A stretch of 29,514 nt of DNA from Actinomycetota bacterium (GTDB taxonomy: Bacteria; Actinomycetota; UBA4738; G016210805), in contig JACQTL010000179.1 in NCBI GenBank assembly GCA_016210805.1, positions 1 to 29,514 of the forward strand, in the 5' to 3' direction. Below the pieces are notes generated by a model. The model did no database searches, had not been told where the DNA came from, and saw only the letters and a list, made by a program, of their open reading frames with translations. Each line of letters opens with the position of its first letter. Position 1 is the stretch's first letter. Both the position numbers and the translations under genes were made by a program. Below, piece by piece: positions 26,305-29,514 of the stretch.

Positions 26305-27638
26305 GTTCCCCGGCCCTCCGCGAGCCCGGCCTCCGCGTCGGCCACCGCTCCGGCCGTGCGGAGGACGAGCTCCCCCAGCTCCTCCTCCCCGATCGTGAAC
26401 GGGGGACCAAGCATCACCAGGTCGCCGTCCGTCCCGTCGGCGCACCCCGTGCTCGGATAGACGAGCAGCCCACGCCGCCTGGCCGCGGCCACCACGCGCT
26501 CGGTGACCCGCTCGGATCGGGGGAACGGCTCGGCGGTCCCCCGGTCCGCGACGAGCTCGATCCCCGCCATCAGGCCCAGCCCCCGGACGTCGCCGGCGAT
26601 CGAGCTCCGATCGAGGGCCGTGCGGAGCTCGGCCAGGAGGCGGTCCCCCAGCGAACGGCTCCGCTCGACCAGGCCGCCGTCCCGGAGCCGGCGGAGGACG
26701 GCCCGCCCGGCGGCCGCCCCCACGGCGTGGTGGGAGAACGTGAACCCGTGGACGAACCCGCCGCTCGAGACGGTCTCGAACACCTCGCCGCTCGCCACGC
26801 ACAGGCCGAGGGGCCAGTAGCCGCCGGCGGCGCCCTTGCCGGCCACCAGGATGTCGGGGCGCACCCCCCAGTGGTCCACGGCGAACCAGGATCCGGTCCG
26901 GCCGAACCCCGTCATCACCTCGTCGGCGATCAGGAGGACGCCGTGCCTGGCGCAGACCTCCCCCACCGCCGCCCAGTAGTCGTCCGGCGGGACGGAGGCC
27001 CCGAGCGCCGCGCCGACCACGGGTTCGGCGACGAACGCCGCGACCCGCCCGGGGCCCTGCTCCAGGATCGCGATCTCCAGCGCGTCGGCGTGGGCCTTGC
27101 CGCACGCTGCCGGGTGCTGGGGGAGCGGGCAGCGGTACTCGTGAACGGCGGGGACGTGGACAGTCTTGTCGAGCCAGGGCTCGTACGGACGGCGGAGGGG
27201 CTCGCGCCCCGAGGCGTCCAGCGCGCCCCTGGTGTTCCCGTGGTAGGAGCCCTTCCGGGCCACGATCACCGACCGGTCGGTCTCGCCCCGGGCCAGGTGG
27301 TAGGCCCTGGCCAGCTTGAGGGCGGTCTCCACGGCCTCGCTCCCGCCGGACACCGGGTAGACGCGAGGCTCCTCCATCGGGAGCAGCGGGGCCAGCTCGC
27401 CGGCGTAGGCCTCCACGGCCTCCGTGGTGAAGGCCGTGCCGTGCACGTAGGCCAGCCGGCCGGCCTGCTCGGCGATCGCCGCGGCCACCTCGCCGTCCCC
27501 GTGGCCGACGTTGACGACGAGCGCTCCGCCCGCGCCGTCCAGGTAGCGGTTGCCGTCCGAGTCCTCGATCCAGGCGCCCCGGCCCCGGACCGCGGTGGGC
27601 AGGGCCGTGCCGAGGGTCCTGGGGAAGACGTGGCTCAC
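26301..27638 (-). CDS. Class III PLP-dependent aminotransferase
   Basis: YLDGAGG, SGGSEAVE, SYHGNT, FVAEP, LIADEVMTGFGRTG, AGKG (PLP lysine) and HGFT. Confidence 0.93.
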   Translation of the reverse strand: MSHVFPRTLGTALPTAVRGRGAWIEDSDGNRYLDGAGGALVVNVGHGDGEVAAAIAEQAGRLAYVHGTAFTTEAVEAYAGELAPLLPMEEPRVYPVSGGSEAVETALKLARAYHLARGETDRSVIVARKGSYHGNTRGALDASGREPLRRPYEPWLDKTVHVPAVHEYRCPLPQHPAACGKAHADALEIAILEQGPGRVAAFVAEPVVGAALGASVPPDDYWAAVGEVCARHGVLLIADEVMTGFGRTGSWFAVDHWGVRPDILVAGKGAAGGYWPLGLCVASGEVFETVSSGGFVHGFTFSHHAVGAAAGRAVLRRLRDGGLVERSRSLGDRLLAELRTALDRSSIAGDVRGLGLMAGIELVADRGTAEPFPRSERVTERVVAAARRRGLLVYPSTGCADGTDGDLVMLGPPFTIGEEELGELVLRTAGAVADAEAGLAEGRGT

Positions 27639-27644
27639 TCCGCA

Positions 27645-27690
27645 AGTCTAGTTCGCCCCCCCGGCCGCCCGCCCCCTGGCCGCCTATGCT
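27645..27690. promoter_or_regulatory. Divergent -10 elements: TAGACT (minus, 27645-27650, leaderless aminotransferase) and TATGCT (plus, 27685-27690, LuxR gene)
   Basis: TAGACT lies 6 nt before GTG 27638. TATGCT lies 13 nt before ATG 27704. Confidence 0.55.
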
Positions 27691-27703
27691 GGGTCCGACC
27701 ACG

Positions 27704-28303
27704 ATGGCGCCTGTCCGTTGGATCCATCTCGCCAGCGCGCTCCTGTGGCCCGCGGCGGCGGCCCTCGGCCTGTGGAGGGCCCGGACGCTCCGTCGGCGGC
27801 GCTCCATGCGCCGCGTCCACGCCCTCATGGTCCTCGGCCTCGCCGTGGGGGCCGAGAGCCTGATCCAGGCCCTCTCCCCCAACCACGCCTCGGGCGCCGC
27901 CCACCTGGTGGCCAACCTGATCCTGGCCCTGGCCGGAGCGGCGGCCCTGTTCGTCCTCTCCGCCTACGGCACCGAGATGGCGAACGAGGAGCGAGTGCTC
28001 TACGCGCTCTCCCGCGGGCACCTCGGCGACGGGGGCGTGGAACGGCCGGCCCGGCCGCTGTCCCCACGGGAGATCGAGGTGCTCGGGTACCTGTGCCGGG
28101 GACTGAAGACCGATGAGATCGCCGAGCGCCTCTCGCTCTCGCCCCACACCGCCTCGACCCACGTCCGGAACCTGATGCGCAAGCTCGAGGTATCGAGCCG
28201 GGTCGACGCCGTCTCCTGGGCGATCCGCCACGGCCTCTACGACCCCGTGACCGGCAAGTCCGATCCGTCCCGGTTCGCGGGGGGCTCCCCTCGAGCCGGG
28301 TAG
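27704..28303 (+). CDS. Membrane-anchored LuxR/NarL-family transcriptional regulator (3 TM + HTH)
   Basis: Three hydrophobic segments followed by LSPREIEVLGYLCRG...EIAERLSLSPHTASTHVRNLMRKL. No receiver domain. Alternative start is 27686. Confidence 0.87.
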   Translation: MAPVRWIHLASALLWPAAAALGLWRARTLRRRRSMRRVHALMVLGLAVGAESLIQALSPNHASGAAHLVANLILALAGAAALFVLSAYGTEMANEERVLYALSRGHLGDGGVERPARPLSPREIEVLGYLCRGLKTDEIAERLSLSPHTASTHVRNLMRKLEVSSRVDAVSWAIRHGLYDPVTGKSDPSRFAGGSPRAG

Positions 28304-28318
28304 CGCGCCGGCAGCCCG

Positions 28319-28388
28319 ATTACCACCGCCTCGGTAGGCGCATTACCGCGTCCCTGCGATTGGCGAAGCCCTTCCCGGCCCCTACGTT
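28319..28388 (+). promoter_or_regulatory. Candidate LuxR/NarL-type operator (TACC-N8-GGTA plus an extra ATTACC half-site) and TTGGCG-N17-TACGTT promoter of the cupredoxin gene
   Basis: TACCACC-GC-CTCGGTA at 28321-28336 (7-2-7 geometry), ATTACC at 28319-28324 and 28342-28347, -35 at 28360-28365 and -10 at 28383-28388. Confidence 0.5.
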
Positions 28389-28458
28389 CGGGGGGCGGCC
28401 GGGTGGAGGCCCGGCCGCTTCCGCGCGCCCGGCCGAGGCCGGGAGGAAGGGGAGGTCG

Positions 28459-28953
28459 ATGCTTGGACGACGACGTTCGCTCCGGCGGATGGCCGCGCTC
28501 GTGGTGGTCGCGCTGGCCCTGGCGGCCTGCGGAGGCGATGGCGACACCGCGGCGGACGGTGAGGGCGACGGGGACGAAGGGGGAGCCACGCCGATCCACG
28601 TGAGCCTCTCCGAGTGGATGGTGGCCCCGGGCGAGATGGATGGCATGGAAGGGATGGGGGACATGGGCGGCTTCACGGCCCAGGCCGGTGAGGTCACCTT
28701 CGAGGTCCACAACGACGGGACGGTCCCTCACGAGCTCGTCGTGGTGAAGAGCGACCTGGCCCCCGGCGCCCTCCCGGTGGCCGGCGGCGCCGTGGACGAG
28801 GCGCAGGTCGAGGTGATCGGCGAGGTTGAGGAGTTCGAGGCCGGGACCATAGAGACCGGCACCTTCCAGCTCGACGCCGGGAGCTACGTCCTGTTCTGCA
28901 ACATCGCCGGGCACTACGAGCAGGGGATGAGCGCCCGCCTCACCGTCGAGTAG
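28459..28953 (+). CDS. Blue-copper (cupredoxin) lipoprotein
   Basis: ATG 28459 after GGAGG; lipobox LAAC; type-1 Cu ligands HE...FCNIAGHYEQGM (His, Cys, His, Met); Met-rich insert EMDGMEGMGDMGG. Confidence 0.88.
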   Translation: MLGRRRSLRRMAALVVVALALAACGGDGDTAADGEGDGDEGGATPIHVSLSEWMVAPGEMDGMEGMGDMGGFTAQAGEVTFEVHNDGTVPHELVVVKSDLAPGALPVAGGAVDEAQVEVIGEVEEFEAGTIETGTFQLDAGSYVLFCNIAGHYEQGMSARLTVE

Positions 28954-28962
28954 GGAGGGACG

Positions 28963-29514
28963 TCACCTCGTGTAGATCCCCTGGGGGTCGAGCTCCTCGC
29001 GGATCAGCCGGAGCTCCTCGTCCGTGGGGGGAGGGGTCTCGGCGAGGTCGTCCGCCACCGTGAGCTCCCAGCCGGTGGCCTCCCGGACCTGCCCCACCGA
29101 AACGCCCGGGTGGAGGGTGGCCAGCGTCATCTCCCCCGTTGCCCGGTCGAAACGGTACGTGCCGAGGTCGGTCACCGCGGCCACGGGACCGGCGCCCAGG
29201 AACCCCCTGGCCGCGTCCCTCTCCGGGTCCCCGGAGTGCCCCGGGCTGGTCCGGAAGTCGATCCGCTCCACGAACGACCGCCTGGCCTGGGGCATCATCA
29301 CGAAGACCTTGCGGGCGTTGATGGCGATCTCGCACGCGCCCCCCGAGCCGGGGAGCCGGACCTTGGGCCTCGCGTATCCCCGGCCCCCGATCACCGTCGT
29401 GTTGATGTTCCCGAAGCGGTCGATCTGGGAGCCCTGGAGGAACCCCACGTCGATCAGGCCGGCCTGCAGGTAGTAGGCGAAGAGCTCGAACATGCTGGTC
29501 ACGGCGGTCGAGCC
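28963..29514 (-). CDS. CoA-transferase beta subunit (glutaconate/3-oxoadipate type), 5' end outside the window
   Basis: IDVGFL...QIDRFGNINTT, RLPGSGGA, FVERIDFRTSPG, VVTD-like AVTDLG and LHPGVSV..VREATGW. The frame stays open to the window edge. Confidence 0.9.
   Translation of the reverse strand, partial: GSTAVTSMFELFAYYLQAGLIDVGFLQGSQIDRFGNINTTVIGGRGYARPKVRLPGSGGACEIAINARKVFVMMPQARRSFVERIDFRTSPGHSGDPERDAARGFLGAGPVAAVTDLGTYRFDRATGEMTLATLHPGVSVGQVREATGWELTVADDLAETPPPTDEELRLIREELDPQGIYTR

Noticed and set aside
27686-27703. ATG 27686 as the LuxR start
   Set aside because: This ATG lies inside the TATGCT -10-like box; ATG 27704 fits better, though this is not proven.
1-29514. CRISPR array, tRNA, rRNA or transposase
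   Set aside because: No regularly spaced repeats, cloverleaf/rRNA signatures or DDE/HUH motifs were seen by eye.

Overview
Very GC-rich window (roughly 70-75% by eye), almost certainly from an actinobacterium; the lineage is inferred from gene content only. Its backbone is the conserved actinobacterial block acuC - phosphatase - excisionase-like HTH - bS22 - NAD-dependent epimerase - acyltransferase ... glutaredoxin-like gene, known from the Rv0500A-Rv0508 and SCO3330-SCO3321 regions. Accessory genes break up this backbone. They include a SigK/RskA-like ECF pair converging on a DUF4331 - TPR - RcnA/NiCoT-like operon, a SpoIVB/S55 peptidase with a frameshifted Tat-like signal peptide, and a highly structured intergenic region. 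They also include a small membrane ORF, two tandem secreted GH114/GH166-like glycoside hydrolases, a hemerythrin and a DUF62 SAM hydrolase coupled to an Asp-nucleophile alpha/beta hydrolase. Further along are a Clp1-type polynucleotide kinase beside bS22, two SDRs, pyruvate kinase, a class III aminotransferase, a membrane-anchored LuxR regulator beside a blue-copper lipoprotein, and a partial CoA-transferase beta subunit. No rRNA, tRNA, CRISPR array, transposase or phage genes were recognised. All family calls come from motif recognition by eye; no database search was run.
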